Made by a program: the position numbers and the translations under genes. From positions 209,749 to 273,748 of the forward strand of contig NIVC01000764.1 of NCBI GenBank assembly GCA_002269645.1: a DNA stretch of 64,000 nucleotides, written 5' to 3'. The notes beneath the pieces were generated by a model. That model was not told the origin of the DNA. It saw only the letters and a program-made list of their open reading frames with translations, and made no database searches. The DNA comes from Macrostomum lignano (taxonomy: Eukaryota). Of the stretch, positions 38,782-51,483 are shown in pieces. How positions within the stretch are numbered: the first letter of the stretch is position 1; each line of letters opens with the position of its first letter.

Positions 38782-39448
38782 ACTATGCGAGGTGGGGCAA
38801 TTTTAACTTTTGAATTACCGCCGGCGTTGCGTTCGCACGAATTGAATCCGGAAAATCGCGCCGACGAATCTTAACGAAATTTCTCCTGAATACTCCGGCT
38901 GCCGGGGGGTGGTAGTTCGGTCGTAGGCGGGCGGTCTTCGTTAGGCACGGTCGTTCAGAGACACCGAAAATTAATGTACCTCGTATGCTTGACTTATTAC
39001 TATCAGTAGAGTAGCGCTGCCACAACCGTAATTTACGTATTACGGAACGTTGAAGTCTCAGAGATTTCTTTGAGTTGAGAACTTGACTATTTTTAAGCAC
39101 CGTGGGCAAAAAACTCAATAAAGGTTAAGGTTTCAAGATAATTAATAAGCGATTAAGTATCGTTCAACGTTTATTAAACCACAAAAGAACTAAGGAATAT
39201 AGTTATGCTAGCAAGGTAACTTATTAAGATCGGCGACCTGACAAGTAGATGAGAGCCGGCAGTGCCGCGAGCGCGCTAATAACAGTTAACTAAGTTTAAG
39301 CACAAACGACTGGTCTCAAATTGAGCTAAATTGATTCAGAAGTTAACGGTTAAATTGCAGCAGGGGATGACGAGAGGGAAGGGAGGGAAAACCAAAAAGA
39401 AAAGGAGAAGGAGGCATGAAAACAAACGGCACCCGGGAACATCATTAA

Positions 39449-41441
39449 CAACAACAACAAGTAAGGCCCAAGGTTCGATTTTGGGCGTCACAGGTCGCGC
39501 CTCAGAGCACGGGAGCGGAACCAGGCCGGTCTACCGGCCTGGTCTGGGGCGCCAGCATCGGCCAGCAGGCAGTCCGGATACCGCCGAGTGCGCGCCTGCC
39601 CCCGCCGGAAGGGCGCCGGGAGCGCAAGCAGCAGCGTCTCCTGCGCCGGCTCGGGGCAGTACGCCTCAGCGCGGATGAGGTGGCCTGCCAGCTGGAGCCG
39701 CCGACGGCGGAGCAGATCGCTGGGGCGGGCCAGGCGAGCTCGGGCGTACAGCGCCGCGTTGGTGACATGCTCTCCGCCGCCGATCTTGAAGGCAGCGCGC
39801 AGCAGGCCGGCGTGCGCCGCGTCGACCTGTCGCTCGAGCGTCTCACCGCCTGGAACAACGCCGAGCGCTGGCGGTCTGGCAGGGCCGCAGAGTGCAGGAC
39901 GGTTCTCATGGAGTTGAAGGCCGCCCAAGCGAGTCCACGGCGACGCCTCAGGTCGTCGAAGGCGTCAGGTACCAGGCCGCCTGCTGAACGCGCGGCAGCA
40001 GCGTTGCCTGCCCATCAGCGCCTCGTTAGTAGATGTCGGCTTGGATGTTGGTGGGCATGGTGAGCACGACGGTCTTTTGCGTGTTGATCACCAGGCCGAC
40101 GCTCGCAGCAACGCCAACCAGACGGTCCAGCTGACGTTGGGCGCCCTCGACGGTTGAGGACAGCAGGGCGAAATAATCGGCGTAGCCCAGGATGCTGAGG
40201 CGACGCTCTGGCTGGCGGCGGCCCACACGGCGTTGCAGGAGGAAGCCATCGTAGGCTGTTGGTAGGGCAGTCCGCAGCACCCAGTCCAGAACCAGTACAA
40301 ACAGGAAGGGCGCCAGCGTGTCCCCCTGGAGCACTCCGGATGACGTGTCGAAGGTGTCCGAGAGGCCGTCTGGCGTCACCACCGCAGCTCTGGTGTTCTG
40401 GTACAGCGCCATCGTGGCACTGACCAGTTGCTGCGGCACGTTGTACGCTCTGAGCACCCACCAGTGGAAGCGCGCTTCTGGCAACCGAGTCGAAAGCCTT
40501 CCTGAAGTCAACGAAGACCACGATCAGGCTTGACTGGCGCGTGCGCGCCTCCTCGATGACTCGCCGAAGGGCCAGGATCTGCGTAACAGTGCCGCGTCTT
40601 GGCCGGAACCCGTTCTGCTCGGTCCGCAGGTAGGGATCCAGCACGGGCTGCAACCGGGTAAGCAGGAGCCGGTTGAACAGCTTCGCGGCGATGGACATTA
40701 GGCAGATGCCTCGATGTTCCTCCAGCTTGGTGGTGCCAGGCTTCTTTGGTATGCCGACGATGTGTGCCATGGTCCATTCGGTAGGTGCTGGACCTCCGGC
40801 AAGCACGCTGTTGATCACACGGGTGACCTCAGTGGCCACGCAGTTGATGCGCAGCGCCTCGATTGGCACTTCGTCTGGACCCAGCGCCCTGCCACCCGGG
40901 GTCTTAAAGGCGAGGGTCACAACATCGGTAGGGGTGACTGGACTGGTGTTGAACTGCTCCACCGTTGGCACTGGTGTTTCAGGCGGCAGTTGCAAATCAG
41001 CTGGCAGCGTGGGCGGCGGCGGTGCATTGACGATGGCGGCGAAGAACGTGCGCAGACTGTTCTTACGCTCGTCCGGGGTGTCGCCTGCCGGGTTGAGCGC
41101 CGCCCGCTGCTTGCGCCCCGTCAGGGTGTTGATGGTGGACCAGGCCACGCGGCTCCTTGCGTCAGGGCCCGCAGCAGAGACGGCTCGAATGGCGTCGTCA
41201 ACGGCGGCGAGCTGCCGCTCCTGGTAGACGCGCGCCAGGGCCTCCTCTGCGTCGTGCGCGCGCTGGCTGGCCACTCAGACGGATGCGCTTCACGTTGTCT
41301 GCCGCCTGTCTGACCTCCTCATCCTCCATCCAGACCGGTTGTCCCCGCTGGGTAGGCCGCATTAGCGGCACCGACTGTTCAGCGGCAGTGCGGACAGCTG
41401 CACTGACTGCGGCATACTCGGCAGAGCCGCATGTACTACCT
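39449..41441 (-). mobile_element. 5'-truncated, degenerate RTE-type LINE
   Basis: RT motifs (EQNGFR, FVDFRKAFDSV, GVLQGD, LGYAD), (TTG)n tail at 39449-39460, candidate TSD ATCATTAA at 39441-39448 and 41442-41449. Confidence 0.9.
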
Positions 41442-43175
41442 ATCATTAAATAAAAGCTAAAGAACAACAAATGGGCAGACGGGGACATGAGCTGGGGACA
41501 AAACATGGCCACGAAAGACCAATCATGGAACGAGAAATTAAGCCGCAGAAAAACACAGAAAAACAAAAAGATAACCAAACGGGGGACGCGCTAAACCAAG
41601 AAAAAGGGGGCAGAAAGGCCAACACAGGAACAGGGAGAAATGACGAAATTCGCCAACAGGAGGCACCTAATGGTGGACGGGCCAACCCGGGGAACAACAG
41701 AGAAGGGGTCACAAGATGGGCCGAAAAATTAATAAAATAATGACGGTTAATAAAATAAAAAAATCGTTAGTGGCAGCTCACACTGCCACACAAGCTATTT
41801 AAAATTGAAAAATTTTCTAAGATAATTTTAAACGTCTTAAAACAAAAAATACAGTAAAAATTTACCCTGCGTTAGAGGTCGTTTTTAAAACATAATTTCA
41901 CGATTTTTTATGTTTTTTTAGAAAACAATACTGCACCGGCTATAAAAAGCCGTACGACTCGGCTAGCCTGCTTGAGTCGGCAAAGGCGCAAAATCACATT
42001 AAAGGACACAGTTTGACACAGATGACACAGTTGCCGCTAGTCCGCATTGGTGACTGGCGAAGAAACTAGAGATTCATGCAAAAAAGCATGGATACCAATG
42101 TTAAAAATGATTGTTTCTCCCGAATCTTTTTTTAATGTTGTATGTATTATAGGTAACTGAAGCGGCTTGCGAGTGGTAGCTAGTATAGCAAGCGAGCAAA
42201 AAGATCTTGCGTATATTTGTTCAGCATAGTTATTTATACATAACGAGAATAAGGAGGTGTGAGTCAGCTCGAACTGGCTGGCTGGGCAAAACTCCCCAGC
42301 AGCCAGGCGTGCAGGGGCCTGTACAGCCGCCACATAACTTTATTTTCACTCATCCTTTGCAAAAGTAGTAGAAACGGGATGATGAGGGAGTACCTCTACT
42401 CTCTTGGAAATTATTGTGTAGCTACTGAGATATTAATTTTGGTTAATTCGATCGTACATGTACATGTATCATTGCAGCTCCAAGCTGATGGCTCATGTAG
42501 CGCCGTCTTGATGGTAATTATACAGTTTCTCTGGCCTAATCCTCTAGAAAGAGGGAAACTCTGTGAAGGATGAGTAAAACTAAAACTCCTGCCAAAAATT
42601 ACACCAAGAGAAAGCTTACAAAAAGTTGGTCTCCATGATTTTTTCACGAATCACCGGTTTCCTTATGAAGTGTATGTTGTTGTTTTCTAGTTTGTCTCGG
42701 GGCCTTCAATAGGAGCGTTGCCAACAGTGAAGTACAGGCTTCTGCGGTGTCGACTGGAGATGGCCTGGTAAGTCTCCTGGCGCAGGGCGGTGACCTCTAG
42801 GTGCCGGTTTCTTAGAAACTAGTTCTCGTAGCGTAGGTAGTGCTGCCACCAGCTTCGCAGAGTCGCAGCCTTCGGTGAGGTGCTGAGCTCGTAGAAGCAA
42901 ATAACTAAGACGAGAGAAAGAGACTCGCACTTCGTGCAGATTTAGCAGTTCTCGCGCAGAGGTGCCCACCGTCAGCAGTCCCTGCCGGGCTGGTGCGGGG
43001 TGAGAGCGAAAGTGCTAGCTTCGGGCGATCCGAGCTGGCCTGCTAATTAATAGCAGGTGCAATCAGAGGCAGTCACGCGCAAAGTCGGGAGTCTTGGAGT
43101 TTAAACTTTAGCACACGCGCTGAGCGAAACGGCGGAAAGGAGAAATAAATACGGAGCAAGGGCACAGAAAGGCTT

Positions 43176-43210
43176 GACTGAGCCAAGCCATGAGAGGGGC
43201 TGCATTTATA
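43176..43210 (-). promoter_or_regulatory. TATA + Inr core promoter candidate
   Basis: TATAAAT from 43210 and TCAGTC with A at 43179 (31 nt spacing). Confidence 0.45.
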
Positions 43211-43545
43211 GGGAGGATCGATTGCACCATAGCACGAAAGACCCCCGCTGAGAGTCATGGGTGACTCTGTTGCTATTTTTAGCAACAAACAAGCGGGCCC
43301 TGCCTCAGAGGAGGCAAGGGGTCCGGGCGCACGTGATCTCCCCATAAACACGAGCCCAGCGTACAATGATGAAATCATTGCACTTTGGACTAAAGAAGGA
43401 AGAAGGCCTTGTCATGTGACTGACTCACATGACAAGGGGGAAAAGGCCCACAAGTGAAGGCACCAAATGGGCAGATGTGCAACCGACAGCTCAGCCGCAG
43501 CTATTGCGCGGCGCATCTGAAGGCTGCGTACGGCTGTTCAGTCCA

Positions 43546-43734
43546 AGGACTGGGGGGTCGCCACACACACCCTCAATTACCCCAGCTAATACTGGCACCC
43601 ATTTTACAGCTGGGTGAACTGAAGCAATGCAGAGTTGTGTTTTGCTCAAGGACACAAATTGTTACAGTGGGATCAGGAATCGAACCCACGACCTTCAAGT
43701 CGTAAGTCCGACGCTCTAACCACTAGGCTACAAC
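43546..43734 (-). mobile_element. tRNA-derived CORE-like SINE
   Basis: A box tagcctagtggttagagc, B box ggttcgattcc, then a CORE-like gtccttgagcaa...ctgtaaaatggg. Confidence 0.8.
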
Positions 43735-43949
43735 ATCTGCAAATCAAAGCAGATAAAAAACAACTAGATGAACGGCGTTATAGCTTAAATGCGCATTTAT
43801 CACGAGTATCTCGGGAAGTACAGGTATAAGACACTCTAATTTAGCGTTCATTTTGTTAGCGTTCATTCTCATGTACATTATAATTACATGTATGTAGTTA
43901 AAAAATCGCACGAGAAAATTTCGAGCTGGCAATACCACCAGCTGCGAGT

Positions 43950-44280
43950 CATCTGACGCAACAATATATGACTGATGACAATGCACTGGAATTTCCCATT
44001 GAGTACTTAAACTCACTGGAGCCTCCGGAATGTAAATGTAAATGTAAATTCCCCAAAGCTATGTAACGGGGCACCAGGCTAATCGTCAAGCAGCTTTTTT
44101 TGGATGTGATTGAGGCGAAATCGTGACAGTATCTAGCAGAGGACAATCTGTGTTTATTCCGAGAATTCAAATGGTTCCATTGGACCTGCCTTTCCAATTC
44201 AAGCGGACTTCAGGACTGGAAACTTCAGTTCCCAGTGAAGGTTTGCCTTGCCATGACCATAAATAAGCTAGCTATTCTGG
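43950..44280 (+). pseudogene. Helitron PIF1-type helicase fragment
   Basis: Broken frames give FPIEYLNSLEPP, KLCNG-TRLIVKQL, VFIPRIQMVPLDLPFQFKR, FPVKVCLAMTINK. Confidence 0.85.
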
Positions 44281-45104
44281 GGGCCATGGACATAACTTCA
44301 CAAAAAACTTAACTTTTTCTCTATTTGCTAGTTGAAACTCGTCGAAACTCAAGGACATGGTTGAACTATCTGTTGCAAACCTTCTGAAACAAGAATCAAG
44401 TCATTGTCTCTCTAGACCCCACCAGTAGATTGATTTGCAAAGTAAGATGGTAGAATAAAGCTTGTGTGGGATTTCACATGTACTAATTTACACTTTCAAT
44501 ACGAAACATAATTTCATAACTCCTTACATAAGTTTGTCATTAATACTGTTGATGTCTTGCAATATGCTTACTCTGCATAGCTGTTCTAGAATAATTAAGC
44601 AGTATAATTAGTCTTAGACAGCAACCGCTATCGCTTCTTTATTGTCTTACTTAAAAGCTACATTTTAATCCCTTCTCCTTACTTAAAAAATTATTGAACA
44701 ATTTAACAATTTTTTGTTCGATTATGACTTTCCGATTAAAAAATATAGCTAAAAAATCACTGACCAAAATAATATTGTTCAAGCAAAGACATAATTATGC
44801 TCACACTCTGATAACTTACCCTAATGGCATTCGACGTACGAATACAATTGAATTCGAGGTGCGAGAACTCGTTTGTCAACTATTCTCATAGCATTAAAAT
44901 CGGTGTAAGTGCATGCAGTTATTAACTGTATTGCTACCGCGGACTTTACTAAGGCATCGTTTCCGTGTTTCATCCCATTAACTTAAGCATAGGTAGGTAC
45001 AGTAGTATTGATAGCTATATTTTTGGCTTAGAAAATCGTAGAGAACAAAGTAAGATGCCTAGACTGTAATAAAAACCAGTTATATGCTCAACAGAGTCCG
45101 AATA

Positions 45105-46589
45105 TCAAGCTGGCGAACTTCTTTCATGTTCAGACGACTCGAGCTCTTGAGCTTCCTGGTCAGCTAGTAAACTGGAGGCCAGAGGCCACGAGATCTTCTC
45201 CCAGTAGGCGATAGCGATTAGCAACAGGCAGATGACGCAGCCGTACGCATAGTGAGACATTGGCTTCGTCCTATTGCTGGGATCCAGACTCAGCACGTTG
45301 CAGGCCTGAAGTGTCAACAGAACTAAGCCGTTTAGAAAGACTGACAGTCCCCAGACCGTGTAGAAAATCCCCAGCATAGTCGCTTTGGCGCCAGAGTTAG
45401 CAACCCGGTAGACGATCTCATAGATTGCAATTGTAGTCAACACTGTAGTGATACCGTCGCAGAAAGCTGATGCGAAGTAGATCGCCCACACTGTCGAGGA
45501 ACTCCAGCTCTCGATGTTGATTGCATTATAGAAGTCGAGCAGACTCAGCAGCATCAGTGAAACTTTGGAGGCGGTCATGAGACAGAGACCAGCTCTGGTG
45601 CGCGTCATCAGGTTTATGCACCCAGCTGGAGTACCAAACTTGTAGATTGCAGAAGCTCCGAGCAGGCTGAACAAAGTAGTGGCTGTCTGGTACCCAGCAA
45701 AAGGAACAAAAAAGGCCCAGTAATCATCGACGCCATGAGTGCGTGCAAAGAATCTGATCTGTTGCCAGTAAAAGTTGACTCTACATAACAAAATGCAGGC
45801 CAGATGCGGAATGGTTCCCGCCGAAATCAGATAAAACTTTTTAAGCCTTCTCCCGCTTGGAAGCATAAAGTATTGAACATTTTCTTGTTCTAGCTCAGGA
45901 GTTTTATTCCACAAAGTCACCATCGTCAGACACAAGACACTCACTATGCTGAAAATTACACTAGAAAATTCGAAACTCTTCTCTGTTAGGTACTTCAGCA
46001 TTGACGGCATGGTTCCTAATGTCTCGCCAATGGCTGCAACGGCAAAGTAGAGGCAGAGCACGAGCTGTCTGGCCCGACTGCTCGAGGCAATCTGCATCGG
46101 CGCATGCAGAGCAAGTGAGCTGACGATGCCCATGAAGAGCACAAACGGTAGCCACGACATGGCATACAGCGGCATCCTGCAAGACATGCCGGCTGACTCG
46201 AAGGTTGTCAGCAGGCCGCTACCGCTCAGCTGCAGCACAGCTGCAATCCACAGCGTCTTGATGCACCCGACGAAAGCGTCGGATATCAGGCCTCCGAGCG
46301 TCGGCAGCACAAAAGCGGCGGTCGCGAGGGGAAGAATTTTGATATTTATTAAGCTGTTCGGAGTCTGTTTTTGATAGATGCACAGACCAGCTTCGGCGGC
46401 TGTTTGATTGTAGGATTTCACGTCGAATGAGATCATTTGATACTCGTACATGTTGCTGCAGAGCTTCATGATGAGCAGAAACGTCACAGTGGTTTTGGTT
46501 GTTTTGCTCATTTGCCGTGATCTTCCACGTCTGGTTAGGAGTAACGCAGACTCGCTCTGCGCCCCATCGAGGGGCGTGTTTAAGGGCAT
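45105..46589 (-). CDS. Divergent POT/PTR2 (SLC15-like) MFS transporter, intronless
   Basis: Multiple hydrophobic helices; LPTLGGLISDAFVGCIKT; YEIVYRVANSGAKATMLGIF; N-terminal ExxxLL motif (ESALLL). Confidence 0.75.
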   Translation of the reverse strand: MPLNTPLDGAQSESALLLTRRGRSRQMSKTTKTTVTFLLIMKLCSNMYEYQMISFDVKSYNQTAAEAGLCIYQKQTPNSLINIKILPLATAAFVLPTLGGLISDAFVGCIKTLWIAAVLQLSGSGLLTTFESAGMSCRMPLYAMSWLPFVLFMGIVSSLALHAPMQIASSSRARQLVLCLYFAVAAIGETLGTMPSMLKYLTEKSFEFSSVIFSIVSVLCLTMVTLWNKTPELEQENVQYFMLPSGRRLKKFYLISAGTIPHLACILLCRVNFYWQQIRFFARTHGVDDYWAFFVPFAGYQTATTLFSLLGASAIYKFGTPAGCINLMTRTRAGLCLMTASKVSLMLLSLLDFYNAINIESWSSSTVWAIYFASAFCDGITTVLTTIAIYEIVYRVANSGAKATMLGIFYTVWGLSVFLNGLVLLTLQACNVLSLDPSNRTKPMSHYAYGCVICLLLIAIAYWEKISWPLASSLLADQEAQELESSEHERSSPA

Positions 46590-49500
46590 GGCTTTATCTG
46601 TTATGTTCGTAACTTATTTGCTTAGTAAAATACTTGTTATGCCTTTAACACAGGTAAATTTAAACTGTCAATGCATATCTTGATATTTATCGTTGTGTAA
46701 ACATCTACCCGGCGCATGCTTGGTACACATACATATTTTCGAATATTGAAGTTCCTTTTTGTGCAGCAATCTTAAAACGAACCTTGCCATGTCTGGAACA
46801 ACCAATCACAGGAAGGAAGACATTCTGACTTTGCAATGATCGTTCCTTCAAGTTAAGATTTTGAAAAAGGCAAGCAAAAGGTTAATTTCCAAGCCTGTAA
46901 ATTTTTTCTCTAAATATATAGCGTTAGGATGCATATGGTGCCATAGTCATGGCTTGGTGCAATTTTGAGTAGCCGTAGAGTTGTACTTTGGGAGCAGTGT
47001 GAGCAGTGTGGCAATGTGAGGACCTGCCAGACTGCCGTCCTGCTTAACAATTCAAAGACTCGGAAACTGACAGATTCTATTGAACAGCAGCTTGACTCGA
47101 AGCATCCAGTGAAACATTTCCCTTAAGAAACGAGCATTAGGAACTATACAAAGTCAAAAGCTGCGTGTTTCATTCATTGTATCAGCTTTTCTTTGTCGCC
47201 TTCCCAACGGGGTCCAAGGTTGCCAGTCATTACCACAGTTATCACCCTTGGCTCGCGCGTCTTTACTTTATATTCATGCATCCACAGTACGTGTTAGAGC
47301 ACTCAATTGGTTATCGTGCTGGGAATTGGAACCAGAAAGGGGAACAAATTCAAATGGTACAGCTAGATAATACAATCGAGAGTACGCGTGTTCCTATCCG
47401 ACTTCGCTTTCTCAATGTGGTGCTGGAGCGCTGAGCTCTAGGCACTGGCTAACTAACTAACTTATGCTATGTACGTGCATCGTACGTGCACACCATTCTT
47501 TCCTCTCCCTTCACTCTGACTGGCCATCCCCTAAGCCGCCATGTACTTGTATTTATCATCACGTGACTTTATTTCGGTGTTCTCTCAGCCCCTGCTCGTG
47601 TCATTATTTAATAAGCTACTTGCTAGTTAAAATAAACCTTGAGTTTCTTTATGCCAAGTTCACGGCACGACACTCAAGCTAAGATACTTTGCTTGCTATA
47701 CTTACTCTTCAGTAGTCGAGAAGCATTGTGTTGTTAAACTGGGGTGGAAAGCGTGTGCTTACCGCGGATCAGCCCGGGGAGGGGCTCTGCCGCTGTATAT
47801 ATTAGGGGCCATACTATCAGGGGCATAAAGCCAGAGAGGTCCAGATTGGGACTAGGACTCAGGGCCAAGTTAAATTGGCTTATTGGATGCTACTAGCCCA
47901 AGCCTATGAACACCGCCAACCCAACAGTGGAATCAGGACGGCAGGTGCAAAGACTGATCCACCCAAGCCACCAACCAACGACAAAACCCGAGTGTGCGCG
48001 CGCAAAAAAGATTGAAATGAAAAATTTTTGAAATGTTTTGAAAATTATTGATTTTTTGAAAGCATGTCCAAGAGCGGGAGACTCGAGTCTTTCATATCTT
48101 TCATATTTTTATTACCCAGCTATAATAAGCCCAAGCCAAGGGGTTGGAGAGGAGTACCATGAAGCAAAAGGACCACCGGGCTCAGCCGGTTTTCCCCGAT
48201 TCGGGACAAACTCTTCCCCAGGACACCAATCCAATGAGAGCCAGAGACACAATAAGCAGGGAGACAACCAGAGGAGCCAGCAGATGTACCAAGGGAGAGC
48301 AAGATGGACAAGAAAAGGGCAGAGCTCATAACTCCAAAGATTGGACGGCTGCATGGCAAAGGGATAAAACACAAAGCTAAAACACAAAGGGATAAAAACA
48401 ATAGGGAGGAGCACAACCCTTATTATGGGCTCAGCCTCAGGGCTGGCATCAACTGGGCTCTACCGTACACTTTTGTGAATGGTCGTCTTTCCTGCAGGGC
48501 GAGTACGACCAGGGGGCTCAAGTCCCAATCTAGCCGCACTACAATCCAGAGTCACAATCACTCCAGATACACCCCCTTAACCAAGGCAGGGCCGAAATAG
48601 AAAAATAAAGGGTCTATTTTTAGATGTGCACGTCACCTCCTGTGAGGGAACTTAAGTATAGAACTACCCGAGGGGCAGGTCAAGTGGATTGCGCACAACC
48701 CGAGAAATGCCGCCAGAAGGCAGCCGGGGAAAAACAATCAGAAAACAGTCTCGAGAAGCATTCGAGTCAACATCGGCTGAAATGCATACTAGCTTCAATT
48801 GGAATTATTGAGCTGTCCATGTTAATGAACCCTAATTATCGTACTTTATGGGTATTAGTCAACCATTTTGTTTATTGATACCCTTCATAGGGGTATCTGA
48901 TTTTACCAAGTTCACCCATTGTCTTAGTCAGTTTACTCACTCGAGTTCAACTTACAGTATTAATAACTGATTAATTTTTTTCAAACGTTTCGAATAGAGA
49001 CGATTCGTGGGAATAATATTACACTGTATGCCTTCAAAATGGGGAACTGTTATGAAGCTTGATTCCTACACGAACCGAAACACAGGTAAACTACCAAGAC
49101 GCATGCGCAGCATCCATAGGTGTAGGTAGCTCGTACGTACGTATGTTGGAAAAAATTAAATGAAACAATCACGCGCGAAACGTATTTTCTGAATATAAAA
49201 GTTTTAATTTACTATTAACCAAGCAATAGTCTGGGCAAGTAGGCATGAAAGGTAAAAAAAATTCAATAGAAACAGGCAGTCTGGCGTGTGCGCATTGCAG
49301 TTGACTGCGCAGACAGAAATAAGCTTTATAGTTCTAGACTATTTCTCAGAAGGAATATCATTCTTTGAGTTACGCGCAATGCCTGAAAATGTCGAATTTT
49401 TTCTTCTATGCGATTTTCAATGCTGGGAAACCCTGCATGGCCTTCCCAACGATAAATATTAACCAAAGAATATAAATCTTTTTATGATCCAGAAACTTAA

Positions 49501-49894
49501 CAAGAGAGATCTGAATAATGCGCAAATGTAAACATACCGCGCTAAAAAAAATACACGAAAATCTTACTTGTACAGTCAGCCAGTAAACATGTCTTAGGCG
49601 AGTATATGCGCATCAATAAAGATAATGAACATGAAGGCTGCTGGACATCTAGTACCAGTTATGACATACTCGAACAGGAAGGAAATCACACATACTCGTA
49701 CATCATGGAGTAGCACTGAGTACTGATTTTTGTAAAAACTAGTTTGAGATGAAAAACTGCAAGTGGGGTTTCTTGCGTCAGCCATTTTGTTTTCTTAAAA
49801 AGAAGCTCAGGCTACTAGTTTTTAGTCGCATCTTAACTCTGTTTTGCTTCCGATTCCTTTTCAAACCTTATTTATTCTTTGAACCCTTTTTCTT

Positions 49895-51483
49895 CTAACG
49901 ATCCTCTTTCTTCTTAGGATCCACTTTCTGCTTTGGATCCTCCTTTTTCTTTTGATCTTTTTGCTTCTTAAGATTCTTTTTCTTCTTAGGATCCTCTTTC
50001 TGCTTTGGATCCTCCTTTTTCTTTTGATCTTTTTGCTTCTTAAGATTCTTTTTCTTCTTATAATCCTTTTTCTGCTTTGGATCCTGTTTCTTTTTTGTAA
50101 CCACTTTCTTCTTTGAATCATTTTTCTTCTTAGGATCCTTTTTCTGCTTCTTCTGCACGTGCTCTGGTGTTAGTATCTTTTTAGTTATGGGAAGCCGTTT
50201 GTCTGGAACAATGTAGACTCGAGTTCTTCTCAGCGACATCACGGATATTCCGAGGATGGAGGCGCGAGGGGCGCCGAACCACACCTCCGGAATGGCGCCG
50301 ATTCTCTCAGCTATGCCGATGAATTCTTCCGCTGAAGCGTAGCGAAGACGCACAGCCGATGGCGGCTTCGGCTGGGACAGCAGCGTCGAAACATTCGTCA
50401 CAGGTAGACTGCGAGCAAACTTTTCTAGCTTAATATCAGCTGAGCGACCAATTACCTTGTCAATAGAGCTGTCGAGCAGAGTGACATTGAAACTGTTTAG
50501 AGCCATCCGACTCAGATAGTTGTGATAGAACGTCGAGCTGTACCCGTTTTTTCCTGACAAAACTCGCCCTCCGTTCCGCCCGATGTTGAACGTCCGGGAC
50601 AGCTCGGGACGCACGCAGACCAGCCGATTATTCAGCATGTAGAGCCTCAGGAAGTCGTCGTACTGCGTCTTCGGCCAAACTTTCCTGACCTGCAGCCAGT
50701 GGCGCCGGTTGATCATCCAGCCGAGTCCCGGGAAGAAGTCAGTCCGGTGCAGCAGCTGTGGGTCCTCGGTCACGAGACCAATTTGACCGTTGTCGTTCCA
50801 TGCGACACGCAGAAGATGCTCTCGTCCGAATCCAGCGCCCTTCGCAGCGAGCTGAAGTACTGGTAGAAATCCGGAGCAATCAGCAGGTCGTCCTCCATGA
50901 GCACAACGTAGGAGTAGTTCAGCTTCAGAATGAGATGGTCCAGCACGCGCAGGTAATGCCGCGCAATCTTTACGTAGGTGTCGCTTGAAGGCTTGAATTT
51001 GTGACTCTTGTCGTCGCTTAACCGCAACAGTTTAACCTCCGGCGTCTCGATCTGCTGCAGGACCTCGTTTGTTTGCTTTTCTGTGCCATCGAGCGATATC
51101 ATGATGCGGAATCCGCTATCAGGCTTTTGAGCTACCAACTGTCTCACCAGCTGATGCACTTCTGGCCTCGTAGCGGCTAGCACGACCAGAGCGATCTCCT
51201 TGTTCTGCTGGGCATCCGGCGCTCGAACCGACGAGTTCGTAGAGCTCATTTGATGAAGACGAACTGCGGAGTTGCTCAAAGTCACATTATAACTCCACGT
51301 AGTACGAAAGCCAGTCGAATCAGTTGATATTTCTGGCTTCTGTTTTTGTGCCGCTTTTTTAACATGATTATCCAGCGTCACAAAAGGATGCAGCAAGCCC
51401 AGGGCCAGTAAGAAAGCCAGGATAAAAACTCTTTGCCTGCGCGTCGCGCACAGCCGTCCACCGCGCCGCAGGCAGTCGAGCAT
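49895..51483 (-). CDS. GT13 GnT-I/MGAT1-like N-acetylglucosaminyltransferase with a Lys-rich tail; one frameshift
   Basis: Type II TM helix, KIARHY, EDDL, VS(A)WNDNG restored by +1 nt at about 50804, RTDFFPGLGW, RPELSRT. Confidence 0.88.

Noticed and set aside
43670-43734. Functional tRNA gene
   Set aside because: Poor anticodon and acceptor stems; it continues into a CORE-like SINE body that has a second copy at 19.4 kb.
47160-47680. Possible solo LTR / RNase H remnant
   Set aside because: TG..CA and AATAAA are present, but no matching TSD or convincing motif was found.
45105-51483. Transporter and glycosyltransferase as Polinton cargo
   Set aside because: They lie outside the terminus at 54378, beyond the Ginger remnant.
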